Assembly: GCA_030739735.1 (NCBI GenBank)
Contig: JASLYQ010000008.1
Location: forward strand, 29,747 to 93,746
Direction: 5' to 3'
DNA from: Alphaproteobacteria bacterium
Lineage (GTDB): Bacteria; Pseudomonadota; Alphaproteobacteria; UBA7887
DNA length: 64,000 nucleotides
Below are positions 53,383-63,547 of the stretch, piece after piece. Position numbers and translations under genes: made by a program. Position 1 is the first letter of the stretch, and every line of letters starts with the position of its first letter. Below the pieces are notes generated by a model. The model saw only the letters and a list, made by a program, of their open reading frames with translations, searched no databases and was not told the DNA's origin.

Positions 53383-55487
53383 GACACCTCAAAGGCATCC
53401 TTTCGCTTGCGTTCGGCCACCAGCGGCGGGCAGCGGCGATCGTCATAATATTCGACCTGACAGTCGAGATATTGCAGGCATTCGCTCATATTGATTTTGC
53501 CGCTGTCGGGGATGGCGGCAACGGGACAGGAACTGCTGCAGATCTGGCAGGGCGAGCCACATTCGGGCCGGCGCTTGAGCCAGTTAAAAACGTGCCAGCG
53601 CCCGGCCAGGGCCAGCAGCGCACCGAGCGGACAGAAAAAGCGGCAGAAAGCGCGCTCATAGACCAAGCCCACAGCGAGCAATCCCACGGCATAGGCCACA
53701 TAGGGCCAGGTGCGTTGGAACTGGAGGCTGATAGCGGTTTTGAAAGGCTCCACCTCGGCCGCCGTATTGGCCGCTTCACGCGAAACCAGGGCGGTCGCCA
53801 ATACTACGAACAACACCCCATATTTGACTCGCCAAAGGCGCGCCTGCAAGTGCTCTGGCAAAGCGAGTTGCGGTACGTGCAGAAATCGTGCGATGCGGTT
53901 GGACAGCTCCTGCAGGGCACCGAAAGGGCAGAGCCAGCCGCAGAAGACACCGCGCCCCCAAAGCACCAGCGTGACTAATACATAGACGCTCAGCAACACT
54001 AGTGGTGCATCCATCAACATGCCGCGCCAGTCGAGTCCGCCGAAGGCAACCTGTAGCCAACTCAGCACCGTTAGAATAGTAAGCTGAGCCCCGGCGAACC
54101 AGCCCAGTCCCACCAAAGTCACGCCGAGAACGCCAAGCCGCAGCAGCTGGTGGTGGCGCCGCGAGTGTGTCAGGCGGTGCTGGAGAAGCATCACCCCGGT
54201 CACGACCAGCAGCAGCACGACAACACCGGCAAGAACCCGATCCTTATCGAGCCAGGCGCGTTGCCAGGGTGCCAGGGTGCTTTCACGCCAAAGCCCAAAA
54301 GCAACGTAAGTGGGTGTCTTAAAACCGGCATCCTCCAGCGCCGCGTCATCACCCAGCACATGCTGCACCGGAATTCGATAGGGCAGGGCGACGATCGCAT
54401 CGGGCATGGTCAATTCCAAGCTCCACGGCGCCAGTGGATCGAAGCCGCTGTCGGCAGTGATGTGGAACCGCCCAGCCTCATCGAAAGCCGGATGATCGGT
54501 CATTGCAAGGCGCCAGGCGCGATAGAATCTCTCGGGCCGCAAGACGAATGCCTTGCCTTCTTGGACCAGACGCAAACGCTCGAATAGTGGCACGAGCCAG
54601 GGGTTTTCCGGGATCCAGCCGATGGCGCCGACCGAGGCCACAAGGATCTGATTATCGTCCGGACCCGCGGCGTCGCGCATGGACCGGTAGGCGCGCTCGC
54701 CGAACAGGTTGCGGCCCACCGCAGGCGGCGTGGCCAGCGCAGCATAGAGCGTGGCAGAGCTGCCGCCGCCGGTGTCAACGTGGAGTTCTTGAACCGATGC
54801 GTTCCTGACCAGATCCGGCCAGGTCATGGGCTCAAAATCAAAACGATTGAGCGACAACCCGTCGCCGCCAACCTCGCGCAGACCCACAATCATACCCACA
54901 CGCAGCGCTGAATCGAGCATGGCATTGGCCATGGCAATACCGCTGATCGTTGCGCCGGAAACCGAGTCTATCGAACTCGGCACGAAGCGGCGGGCCGTAC
55001 GCACGTCGCTGCCGTGCAGCTCGCTGAGGAAGGCGCGAAAACCGGGCGGCTCGATGACGCCGCGTTGCAGCAGCGGCTCCTTTTGGGCCAGCACATGGTG
55101 ACCGCGGATGATACCGCCGGCACCGAGTGCCACAACAATATCGAAGGGATTGCCGGCGTAGCCGGCCGGCCGGACGGTCTCCAGGGTAGAAAACAGATAG
55201 CCTGCCACCTCACCCTTTGCCAGAACAGTCGCCACGGGCGGGTCGCCAGCCACCATGCCTATGCCGTCGGCAGCGGGGAAGAGTTCGGCCACCAGTGCCG
55301 AAGTCAGGCGCTCCTGCAAAGGTGCCTCACCCTCGGCAAGCGCCGTCGTCGATGCCAGCGCAAAGACGAGAAGCGCGCCTACTCGGCAGCGATGGCGAGA
55401 TCTTCGCGCTGCTTTCGCTGGGCGACCAACGGGGGGCAGCGATACTCGTCGTAATATTCGACCTGACAGTCCAGGCATTGCAGGCAC
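53379..55487 (-). CDS. NosR/NirI-like FMN-binding, Fe-S membrane protein, copy 2 (start uncertain)
   Basis: DSVSGATIS flavinylation-type motif, TM bundle, CGWLCP and CRFFCP, CGSPCQICSSSCP, CLQYLDC (one Cys replaced by Tyr relative to copy 1). Confidence 0.9.
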   Translation of the reverse strand: MPAMPGLSGRILRRVSLPPVGRPAKAARRSRHRCRVGALLVFALASTTALAEGEAPLQERLTSALVAELFPAADGIGMVAGDPPVATVLAKGEVAGYLFSTLETVRPAGYAGNPFDIVVALGAGGIIRGHHVLAQKEPLLQRGVIEPPGFRAFLSELHGSDVRTARRFVPSSIDSVSGATISGIAMANAMLDSALRVGMIVGLREVGGDGLSLNRFDFEPMTWPDLVRNASVQELHVDTGGGSSATLYAALATPPAVGRNLFGERAYRSMRDAAGPDDNQILVASVGAIGWIPENPWLVPLFERLRLVQEGKAFVLRPERFYRAWRLAMTDHPAFDEAGRFHITADSGFDPLAPWSLELTMPDAIVALPYRIPVQHVLGDDAALEDAGFKTPTYVAFGLWRESTLAPWQRAWLDKDRVLAGVVVLLLVVTGVMLLQHRLTHSRRHHQLLRLGVLGVTLVGLGWFAGAQLTILTVLSWLQVAFGGLDWRGMLMDAPLVLLSVYVLVTLVLWGRGVFCGWLCPFGALQELSNRIARFLHVPQLALPEHLQARLWRVKYGVLFVVLATALVSREAANTAAEVEPFKTAISLQFQRTWPYVAYAVGLLAVGLVYERAFCRFFCPLGALLALAGRWHVFNWLKRRPECGSPCQICSSSCPVAAIPDSGKINMSECLQYLDCQVEYYDDRRCPPLVAERKRKDAFEVS

Positions 55488-57472
55488 TCGCTCATTTTGA
55501 TGTTGCCGGTCTTGTCGATGGCGTCGATTGGACAGCTAACGGTACAGAGCTGACAGGGTGAGCCGCATTCGGGACGGCGCTTGAGCCAGGTGAAGACATG
55601 CAGACGGCCAGCCAGAACCAGCAACCCGCCGAGGGGGCAGAGGTAGCGGCAGAAGGCGCGCTCGATCACCAAACCCACAGCCAGTATCGCCAAGGCATAG
55701 GCCAGGAACGGCCAGGAACGTTGGAAATGCAGGCTTATCGCGGTCTTGAACGGTTCCACTTCTGCCGCCGTGTCGGCCGCTTGCAGCGAGATCGCCGCGG
55801 CTGCGAGGAGTCCCAGGGCGAAAACATATTTGACGCGCCAAAGCTGCGCATGCAGTCGCTCGGGCAATGTAATCTGGCGCAGGCCGATGGCGCGGGCGGC
55901 CTTGTTGGACAGTTCCTGCAAAGCGCCGAAGGGACAAAGCCAGCCGCAGAACACCCCGCGCCCCCATAGAACCAGCGTCAACAGCACAAATACGCTGAGC
56001 AGCAGCATCGGCGGATCCATCAGGACGGGGCTCAAATCGAGCCTCTCAAAGGCCATGCGCAGCCAAGTCAGCACCGTGATGACAGTGAGTTGGGTGCCCG
56101 TCATCCAGCCCAGCCAAACCAAGGCCGCCAGGAGAATGGTGGTTCGCAGCCAGCGATGCGCACGGCGTGAGCGCACCAGTCGATGCTGGAAGAGCATCAC
56201 GCCTGTCACGATCAGCAACAGCGTCAGAATGCCGACGAGTATATCGTCCTTGTCGAGCCAGGCGCGTTGCCAGGGCCGCAAGGTGCTTTCCCGCCAGAGG
56301 CCGAAAGCAACATAGCGGGGAATCAGAAAGCCGGCATCCTCCAAGGCTGCCTTTGCGCCAACCACGTGGCGCAAGGGAATGCGATACGGCAGCGGGAAGT
56401 TGGCGCTTGCCGCGTCGTCGCCCTCGCCCCGAACGTCGAGTTCTAACGTCCAGGGCGCGGTGGCATCAAATCCGAGGGCTGCGGGCAGATGAAAGCGCGC
56501 GGCATAATCGAACTGAGGATGCCCCTCGATCTTGAGCCCGCGCGTGCGGTAAAAGTTCTCCGGCAACAGCGGTACCACGGTCTCGCCCTGACGCACGCGT
56601 ATGCGGTCGAATATAGCAACCATGTAGGGGTTGCGCGGAATCCAGCGGTAGGGACCGACCGAGGCTACCAGCAGCTGATGATCGCCTGCCTGGCTCGTCT
56701 TCACCACCGAGCGAAAGATGCGCAACCCGAACAAATTTCGGCCGATCCCGGGTGCGGTGGCGAGCGCCACATAAAGCGTGAGAAATATCTCGTCATCGCC
56801 GCCCGGCGGCACAACCTCGCCCAGGATGGAGCGCACCTCACGGCGGCTCAAGGTGAGGCGGGTGATCGAGCCGTCTGCGATCAACTCTGCCCAGTTATGC
56901 GGCTCATAGGCAAAGCGGTCGAGTGAGAGGCCGGTGCCGCTATCGTCCAGGATCGCAGCACGGTAGCCGGCAAAGATGGCCGAATCCATGATTGCATTCG
57001 ACATGGCGGCAGCACTGATGGTGGCGCCCGAAACACCGTCGGCACCGGTCGGCACCAAGCGATGGCGGGTACGAATGTCGATGCCGTGATTGCCCGTGAG
57101 AAAGCCGTTGAGTTCCTCGATGCTGACCATACCTTCGTCAATCAGCGGCTCATGTTCCTCCAGCACCAGATGGCCACGGATGATGCCATCAACGTCAAGC
57201 GCGACGATGATGTCGAAGGAGAGACCCGCATAACCAGCGGGATTGACCATTTCGTGGGTCGAGAACAGGTAGCCCAGCGTCTCGCCGCCACGAAAAACGG
57301 TCGCCAGGGGCGGCGTGCCCTCGACCGGGCCGAGAACGTCCGCCGTCGGAAACAATATCTCAACGACCTCGGGCACGAGCCGCGTCGCCAGAGGCTCGTT
57401 CATATCAGCAAACGCCGCCGGTAGCCAAAACAGAGAAAGCGAGACAAGGAGGGCAGAAAAGCGCATGGGCAC
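55379..57472 (-). CDS. NosR/NirI-like FMN-binding, Fe-S membrane protein, copy 1
   Basis: Signal peptide, GYAG..FDIIVAL, DGVSGATIS, CGWLCP and CRYLCP, CGSPCQLCTVSCP, CLQCLDC. Confidence 0.92.
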   Translation of the reverse strand: MPMRFSALLVSLSLFWLPAAFADMNEPLATRLVPEVVEILFPTADVLGPVEGTPPLATVFRGGETLGYLFSTHEMVNPAGYAGLSFDIIVALDVDGIIRGHLVLEEHEPLIDEGMVSIEELNGFLTGNHGIDIRTRHRLVPTGADGVSGATISAAAMSNAIMDSAIFAGYRAAILDDSGTGLSLDRFAYEPHNWAELIADGSITRLTLSRREVRSILGEVVPPGGDDEIFLTLYVALATAPGIGRNLFGLRIFRSVVKTSQAGDHQLLVASVGPYRWIPRNPYMVAIFDRIRVRQGETVVPLLPENFYRTRGLKIEGHPQFDYAARFHLPAALGFDATAPWTLELDVRGEGDDAASANFPLPYRIPLRHVVGAKAALEDAGFLIPRYVAFGLWRESTLRPWQRAWLDKDDILVGILTLLLIVTGVMLFQHRLVRSRRAHRWLRTTILLAALVWLGWMTGTQLTVITVLTWLRMAFERLDLSPVLMDPPMLLLSVFVLLTLVLWGRGVFCGWLCPFGALQELSNKAARAIGLRQITLPERLHAQLWRVKYVFALGLLAAAAISLQAADTAAEVEPFKTAISLHFQRSWPFLAYALAILAVGLVIERAFCRYLCPLGGLLVLAGRLHVFTWLKRRPECGSPCQLCTVSCPIDAIDKTGNIKMSECLQCLDCQVEYYDEYRCPPLVAQRKQREDLAIAAE

Positions 57473-57619
57473 GGGCGATCATCCGCCGGAGGAAAATGTC
57501 ACCCTACTTCAGCTGCGAGGTGTCGCGAAAGCCCCAAACGCATGCGTCAGGACTTGACTCAACCGGGCGCCAGAACGACGTTCGTCCGACTTTGTCATTT
57601 CCCGACCGGGAGCGCGCGA

Positions 57620-58207
57620 ATGCGCCTTACCATAGCGTTATCATCGCTTTGCCTCGCTCTTCTGCTGTCATTGCCGGCGGCGCACGCCGTGGACCGGGCG
57701 CCGTTCGCGCTGACCGACCACACCGGAAAGGCGGTGACAGACGAGGATTTTCTGGGCTCCTTCTTGCTGGTCTTCTTCGGCTACAGCCATTGTCCCGACG
57801 TCTGTCCGACCGATCTCGCAATAATGGCCGGTGCGCTGGACGCACTCGGTGACCGAGCCGCAGTGGTGCAACCCCTCTTCGTGACACTCGATCCCGAACG
57901 TGACACGCCCGAAGTGCTGGCGGCTTATCTGCCTGCCTTCCATTCCCGCTTCATCGGCTTGACCGGCACGTCCGAACAGATCGCCGCGATGTCAGAAAGC
58001 TACAGCGTGCGGCACAGGCGCTACTACCCGCCGCCGTTCGACGAGGACGGCGAGCCCCCCGAAGATGATGAGACCTATTTCGTCGATCACACTGCCGCCA
58101 CTTATCTGGTTGGCCCCAATGGCGGTGCCTTGCGGCTGTTTCACCATGGTGCCACAGTCGCCGAAATGATCACAGTTATTGCCGAAGTGTTGCCTACGGC
58201 ACGCTAA
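57620..58207 (+). CDS. SCO1/SenC-family copper chaperone
   Basis: ATG 57620; signal/anchor; FGYSHCPDVCP (CxxxC), LDPERDTPE, VDHTAATYLV (Cu His). Confidence 0.93.
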   Translation: MRLTIALSSLCLALLLSLPAAHAVDRAPFALTDHTGKAVTDEDFLGSFLLVFFGYSHCPDVCPTDLAIMAGALDALGDRAAVVQPLFVTLDPERDTPEVLAAYLPAFHSRFIGLTGTSEQIAAMSESYSVRHRRYYPPPFDEDGEPPEDDETYFVDHTAATYLVGPNGGALRLFHHGATVAEMITVIAEVLPTAR

Positions 58208-58288
58208 TCCGTTTTAAGGAAGGTAGTTGCCGGCTGTAACTCAACCGATACAGATTTGCGTCCCCACCCCACGAAAGGCACTATTGCG

Positions 58289-58651
58289 ATGACCCTAAAA
58301 TACGCTGCCCGCTTGCCGTTATTGGCTCTGATGGCCATCTTTGTTAGCGCCTCCGCGGCCCAAGCCGTGGACTGCAACGCGATTCACCAAGTCAATATCA
58401 CCTTTGAGTTCGTGCCCGGCGATATCTACCTCGCACCCGGCGACTGCGTCCGTTTTACCAATATCCATCATATCGAGCATTCCGCCATAGGCATGGAGCG
58501 CGAGTTCAATACCGGCGTTCTAATGCCCAACAACAGCGCAGTGCATCGCTTCAATGAGGAGATAGCGATCCCCTACGTCTGCGGCGTGCACCCGCTGATG
58601 GTCGGTGTCATCGTAGTCGAGGAGCCGGAGGACGATTCTGCGGTTCAGTAA
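58289..58651 (+). CDS. Exported type-1 copper protein (amicyanin/plastocyanin-like cupredoxin)
   Basis: GAAAGG RBS; signal peptide; F.P...L.PGD.V.F.N....H and C-terminal YVCGVHPLMVG (Cys-His-Met loop). Confidence 0.9.
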   Translation: MTLKYAARLPLLALMAIFVSASAAQAVDCNAIHQVNITFEFVPGDIYLAPGDCVRFTNIHHIEHSAIGMEREFNTGVLMPNNSAVHRFNEEIAIPYVCGVHPLMVGVIVVEEPEDDSAVQ

Positions 58652-59787
58652 CCGAAACCATACAGCCGGGCAGCGTTGTCGCAGATCACCTTGTGGCGGG
58701 CGGCCTGCGACAGTTGGCCGAGTTCCCGTTGAATAAAATCCCGGGAATCTGGCCAGACACCGTCTGGGTGGGGGAAATCCGAGCCCCACATAATGTTGTC
58801 CTCGCCCAACTCGTCGAGCAATAGCACGCCGACCCTATCGGTCTGATAGGTAGCAAAGCATTGTCGCCGCCAATAGTTCGACGGTTTCATGGTCAGGGTA
58901 AGATCCTTGAACTGGTCCTCCCACTCAAGGTCCATATGATCGAGTACATAGGGAATCCAGCCGATACCGCTTTCAGCGATCACCACCTTGAGATTTGGAT
59001 TGTCCTCGAGCACACCGCCGAAGACGAGCTCCATGAGCACCTTCGACATACCCATCTGGAAACCGGTGATAAACACGGCGAAGGCTTGGCGTGCCTGTAG
59101 CGGTGGCATGGCGGTGAAATCCGGCGGTTGACTGCCGATAGTGTGGAAATGCATGGGCAGATCCGATTCGCTGGCCGCCTTCCATAAGGGCACCCAATGG
59201 GGGTCGAACAGGGGGATCATGTCGAAAGTGAGCGCCACTTCCAACCCGCGCACACCACCGCGCTCAACTACGCGTGCGATCTCGGCCAGTGCCGCCGCCA
59301 TATCATCGCCGGGAATTGTGGCAACGCCCGCATAGCGGTCAGGATGGCTGCGGCAGAACCCGGCCAGCCATTCGTTGTAGATGCGCATCATCTCACGTGC
59401 CGCCTCGGCGTCGCCGAGGCGCTGTGCAGCACCGAGAATACCGTAGAGTACCTCGCCCTGCACGCCATCGCGGTCCTGGTCCGCAAGGCGGAGATCGGGA
59501 TCCGTCAGGCGCCGGATACCCTTGACCCCGTCATCATAAAGGCCGGTCTCAGCCATACGGTCGGAGCGATGGATCTGTCCTGGGACATATTTGCGCCCGG
59601 CCGAGCCCATGCCGTTCTGCAAGCCGAATTCAGCGCCGCCACGGCTCACCCATTTCGGGCCACCGAGCCCATCGGTAACGTAGGGCATGCGATCGCGCAG
59701 GGCAGCACTGGCATTGGCCGTGAACAGATCTGGCGGCAGCCAGATCAGGTCGATGTGGCAATCTGCCGATATCACCTCGTAGCGCAT
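58645..59787 (-). CDS. Amidohydrolase-2 family protein
   Basis: ISADCHI, MHFHT, AESGIGW, MWGSDFPHPDG. Confidence 0.9.
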   Translation of the reverse strand: MRYEVISADCHIDLIWLPPDLFTANASAALRDRMPYVTDGLGGPKWVSRGGAEFGLQNGMGSAGRKYVPGQIHRSDRMAETGLYDDGVKGIRRLTDPDLRLADQDRDGVQGEVLYGILGAAQRLGDAEAAREMMRIYNEWLAGFCRSHPDRYAGVATIPGDDMAAALAEIARVVERGGVRGLEVALTFDMIPLFDPHWVPLWKAASESDLPMHFHTIGSQPPDFTAMPPLQARQAFAVFITGFQMGMSKVLMELVFGGVLEDNPNLKVVIAESGIGWIPYVLDHMDLEWEDQFKDLTLTMKPSNYWRRQCFATYQTDRVGVLLLDELGEDNIMWGSDFPHPDGVWPDSRDFIQRELGQLSQAARHKVICDNAARLYGFGY

Positions 59788-59913
59788 GGTCACCCTCCCT
59801 TCGGCGACCCGATAGACCCACGTCATAAAGCCCGCCCTTGACACCCGCAAGCGGGTCGGTGACATGTGAAGCTGATTACAACTAAACGCTTGAGGTGTGG
59901 CATAAACGAGGCG

Positions 59914-61194
59914 TTGTGGCAGCTAGGTGTTGAAGATGCGGCGCGACGCATCGCCACTGGCGAGCTGACATCGCGGGCATTGGTGGATTCGTGTTTGGCG
60001 CACATCGCCGAGCACGAGCCCAGGGTGCACGCTTGGCGCCATCTCGATGTGGAGGCGGCACTGGCGCAGGCAGAGGCCTGCGATGGGGCAGAGAGGCCGG
60101 CAGGCTCACTGCACGGGGTGCCTATCGGCATCAAGGATCTTATCGACACTGCTGACATGCCAACCGGCTACGGCTCACCGATCTATGACGGCAACAGGCC
60201 GAACGCGGACGCAACTTGTGTCGCGCGCCTACGCGCCGCGGGCGCGGTCATTCTCGGCAAGACCGTGACCACGGAGTTTGCTACTTTCAAGCCACCGGTG
60301 ACGCGCAACCCGCACAATGTGGAGAGAACGCCGGGCGGCTCGTCATCGGGCTCCGCCGTTGCCGTCGCCTTGAGCATGGTCGGCGCCACGCTCGGCAGCC
60401 AGACCGCGGGCTCAGTGATCCGCCCGGCCGCATTCTGTGGCACGGTTGGCTTCAAGCCAAGCTTCGGTGCCATCAATTTGGACGGCGTTAAGCCCCTGTC
60501 GCGGGATCTCGATACGCTCGGCACGTTCGCGCGCAGCGTTGCCGATGCGGCCCTTGTGGCGCGGACCATCGCCGATGCACATGGGGCCCTCGGTCAAACG
60601 CCAACAGGCTTCCTGCCACCGCCCACGGTGGCGCTTTGTCGGACCCCTGACTGGGACAAAGTGGAGTCTTCGACCACAGCGCTGCTGGAGGAACTCGTGG
60701 CCCGCCTTAGCGCGGCTGGCGCACCGGCAGGCGAGGTGGTCATGGAAGGCGCATTCGCGGAGCTCGCGGAAGCGCAGAATATCATCATGAAGGCGCAGGC
60801 CGCCGTGATGCTCAGGCGCGAGCACAGCAGTGATCGCGACCAGCTGAGCCCGGGATTGGCGAAGATGCTTGACGAGGGTGCCAACATGCCCCTCGAAAGT
60901 CTTGATGCCGCGATGGGCATCTTCACCCGCTGTCACATCGAAGCGCACCATCTGTTCGGCGATTACGACTTGCTGCTGACACCTGCGGCGCCTGGCGAGG
61001 CACCCTCGCAGGACTCCACCGGTGATCCCATGTTCAACCGCGCCTGGACGGCCCTGCACGTGCCCTGCCTGACTTTGCCCGCTGGCAACGGCCCCACAGG
61101 AATGCCACTCGGCGTGCAGCTCGTCGCACGCGGCGGCGACGACGGCCGGCTGATCGCCTGGGCGCGCTGGATCGAGGAGATCCTGCGCGGGTGA
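59914..61194 (+). CDS. Amidase-signature family enzyme
   Basis: TTG start after GAGG (GTG at 59866 also possible); PIGIKD, PGGSSSGS, GSQTAGSVIRPAAFCG. Confidence 0.93.
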   Translation: MWQLGVEDAARRIATGELTSRALVDSCLAHIAEHEPRVHAWRHLDVEAALAQAEACDGAERPAGSLHGVPIGIKDLIDTADMPTGYGSPIYDGNRPNADATCVARLRAAGAVILGKTVTTEFATFKPPVTRNPHNVERTPGGSSSGSAVAVALSMVGATLGSQTAGSVIRPAAFCGTVGFKPSFGAINLDGVKPLSRDLDTLGTFARSVADAALVARTIADAHGALGQTPTGFLPPPTVALCRTPDWDKVESSTTALLEELVARLSAAGAPAGEVVMEGAFAELAEAQNIIMKAQAAVMLRREHSSDRDQLSPGLAKMLDEGANMPLESLDAAMGIFTRCHIEAHHLFGDYDLLLTPAAPGEAPSQDSTGDPMFNRAWTALHVPCLTLPAGNGPTGMPLGVQLVARGGDDGRLIAWARWIEEILRG

Positions 61195-61757
61195 GCAACG
61201 AACATGTGTTCGGCTTCGGCTCGCTGGTCGGCCTTGGGGCGCTTGCACAATTTCTCTCGCGGCCACCTTTCGCGGCGAGCGAAGCCTATCCCTGCCACCT
61301 GCATGACCATCGCAGGCTCTGGAACATCGCCCGCGACAACAGCCACGACCTACCTGGACGACCATATTTCGTGGACGACGATGGCGAGCGCCTCGACATC
61401 TTCGTTACTGCAGTGAACATCCGCCCGGCACAGGGCAGCACTGTCAATGGCGTGGTTTTTCCCGTGACCGGGGCGCAGCTCGCGCTATTGGACATCCGTG
61501 AGGCAAATTACGACCGCATCCGGGTCGATGGTGCCGTCGCGCCGGGACTGCCAGGGCGCATCTGGACCTATCGCGGCAAGGCGTTAGCGGAGGCATGGTT
61601 CGCACAAGGCGCGGCCACCGGCAAAGCCGTGGTCAATGCCCATTACCACACCATCGTCACCGACGCATTCGCCAGCCACGGCAAAGAATTTCTGACCGAG
61701 TATCATGCTACCACGGAAGCGCCCACTGTCCCCATCCGGCCTTTGCAGACAGCCTAG
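61191..61757 (+). CDS. Gamma-glutamylcyclotransferase-like (GGCT/ChaC-like) protein
   Basis: HVFGFGSL N-terminal motif, LDIREANY; GTGA overlap with the amidase. Confidence 0.75.
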   Translation: MSNEHVFGFGSLVGLGALAQFLSRPPFAASEAYPCHLHDHRRLWNIARDNSHDLPGRPYFVDDDGERLDIFVTAVNIRPAQGSTVNGVVFPVTGAQLALLDIREANYDRIRVDGAVAPGLPGRIWTYRGKALAEAWFAQGAATGKAVVNAHYHTIVTDAFASHGKEFLTEYHATTEAPTVPIRPLQTA

Positions 61758-63547
61758 CCTTTCTCCGGCTTAGGCGGTAGCTGCAGTCGGATGTGCAACT
61801 CCTTGAGGTGCTTGTCGTCAACCTCACCCGGCGCGCCCATCAGCAGATCTTCGGCCTGGCCGTTCATGGGAAAGACGATGACCTCGCGGATATTGGGCTC
61901 GTCAGCCAGCAGCATAACGATGCGGTCGATGCCAGGCGCGATACCGCCATGGGGTGGGGCGCCGAAGCGGAAGGCGCGCAGCATCCCACCGAAGCGTGCT
62001 TCGACTTCCTCGGGCGGATAGCCAGCCATGCCGAAGGCCTTGATCATGACATCGGGGCGATGGTTGCGGATGGCGCCGGAGCTTAGCTCAACACCGTTAC
62101 ATACAATGTCATACTGCCAAGCGAGAATATCGAGCGGGTCCTCGTTCTCCAGCGCTTCCATGCCACCCTGGGGCATGGAGAACGGATTGTGGCTGAACTC
62201 GATCCTGCCGCTCGCCTCATCGCGCTCGAACATCGGAAAGTCGACGGTCCAGCAGAAACGAAAGACATCCTTCTCGACGAGGTCGAGCTGCTCGCCGAGC
62301 CGCATGCGCACGCGCCCGGCGAAGAGCGCCGCCTCATTCGGCTTCATGCAGACAAAGAAGACCGCATCGCCAGCACCGACGCCCGCCGTCTCGCAGATCG
62401 CCGCCTGGGCATTTTCGGGCACAAACTTGGCAATCGGGCCCTTGCCCTCGCCCTCCTCACCGAAGGTGATGTAACCGAGGCCCGGAGTACCTTCACCACG
62501 GGCCCAGTCGTTGAGCTTATCGAAGAAGCTGCGCGGACGCGCCGCGGCACGGGGCGCCGGAATGGCGCGCACTACAGCGCCCTTTTCGATGGCGCCCTGG
62601 AAGGCCTTGAAGGTCACACCCTCCATGGCGAAGGCGTCGGTCACGTCTGCGATGCGCAAGGGATTGCGCAGGTCAGGCTTGTCGGTGCCGTATTCCAACA
62701 TTGCTTGTGCGAAAGAGATGCGTGGAAAGGGCAAGGGTGTCACCTCCCGGTCGGTGAACTGCTCGAAGACGCCGTGGAGAACCGGCTCGATGGCATTGAA
62801 GACGTCCTCTTGGGTGACGAAGGCCATCTCCATATCAAGCTGGTAGAACTCGCCAGGGCTGCGGTCGGCGCGAGCGTCCTCATCGCGAAAGCACGGTGCG
62901 ATCTGGAAATAGCGGTCGAAGCCGGCGACCATGAGCAACTGCTTGAACTGCTGCGGCGCCTGGGGCAGTGCGTAAAACTTGCCCGGATGCAGACGGCTCG
63001 GCACCAGGAAGTCACGCGCGCCCTCGGGCGACGAGGAGGTCAGGATCGGCGTCTGGTATTCGCTGAAACCCGAGGCGATCATGCGCTTGCGGATGCTGGC
63101 AACGATAGCACCGCGCAAGGCAATATTTCGCTGCATCGCTTCACGGCGCAGGTCGAGGAAGCGGTAACGCAAGCGCATCTCCTCGGAAAACTCCTGCTCG
63201 CCCGCCACCTGCATGGGCAGCACCTCAGCGTGGGACTGGACCTCGAAGCTCTCGATGCGTACCTCGACCTCACCGGTAGCGAGCTTGGGGTTCACCGTTT
63301 CGGTGCTCCGCGCCAGCACCGAGCCACTGACCGTGATCACGCTTTCTGGGCGGGTCGCTTCGACGACCGGAAAGTGCTCGCTGCTCTGGTCAACCACGCA
63401 TTGGGTGATGCCGTAATGGTCACGCAAATCGAGGAACAGCAGATTGCCGTGGTCGCGCTTGCTGTGCACCCAGCCGGAAACACGAACTTGGGTGCTGACG
63501 TCAACAAGTGTCAACTCGCCGCAGGTATGGGTACGATAGGCATGCAT
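61754..63547 (-). CDS. aspS: Aspartate-tRNA ligase, probably non-discriminating Asp/Asn type
   Basis: [12 protein letters not shown] start; RDHGNL (His where discriminating enzymes have Leu), [25 protein letters not shown]. Confidence 0.97.
   Translation of the reverse strand: MHAYRTHTCGELTLVDVSTQVRVSGWVHSKRDHGNLLFLDLRDHYGITQCVVDQSSEHFPVVEATRPESVITVSGSVLARSTETVNPKLATGEVEVRIESFEVQSHAEVLPMQVAGEQEFSEEMRLRYRFLDLRREAMQRNIALRGAIVASIRKRMIASGFSEYQTPILTSSSPEGARDFLVPSRLHPGKFYALPQAPQQFKQLLMVAGFDRYFQIAPCFRDEDARADRSPGEFYQLDMEMAFVTQEDVFNAIEPVLHGVFEQFTDREVTPLPFPRISFAQAMLEYGTDKPDLRNPLRIADVTDAFAMEGVTFKAFQGAIEKGAVVRAIPAPRAAARPRSFFDKLNDWARGEGTPGLGYITFGEEGEGKGPIAKFVPENAQAAICETAGVGAGDAVFFVCMKPNEAALFAGRVRMRLGEQLDLVEKDVFRFCWTVDFPMFERDEASGRIEFSHNPFSMPQGGMEALENEDPLDILAWQYDIVCNGVELSSGAIRNHRPDVMIKAFGMAGYPPEEVEARFGGMLRAFRFGAPPHGGIAPGIDRIVMLLADEPNIREVIVFPMNGQAEDLLMGAPGEVDDKHLKELHIRLQLPPKPEKG

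Noticed and set aside
57473-57619. FNR/NnrR or RegA boxes in the NosR/SCO divergent spacer
   Set aside because: Only TTGACTCAA (wrong spacing) and a 9/11 inverted pair (GGAAAATGTCA / TGTCATTTCCC) were found; too weak to call.
53379-58651. Calling this a nos/nir denitrification cluster
   Set aside because: No catalytic or maturation genes (nosZDFYLX, nirS, nirK, nor) are in the window, so the nosR symbol was withheld.
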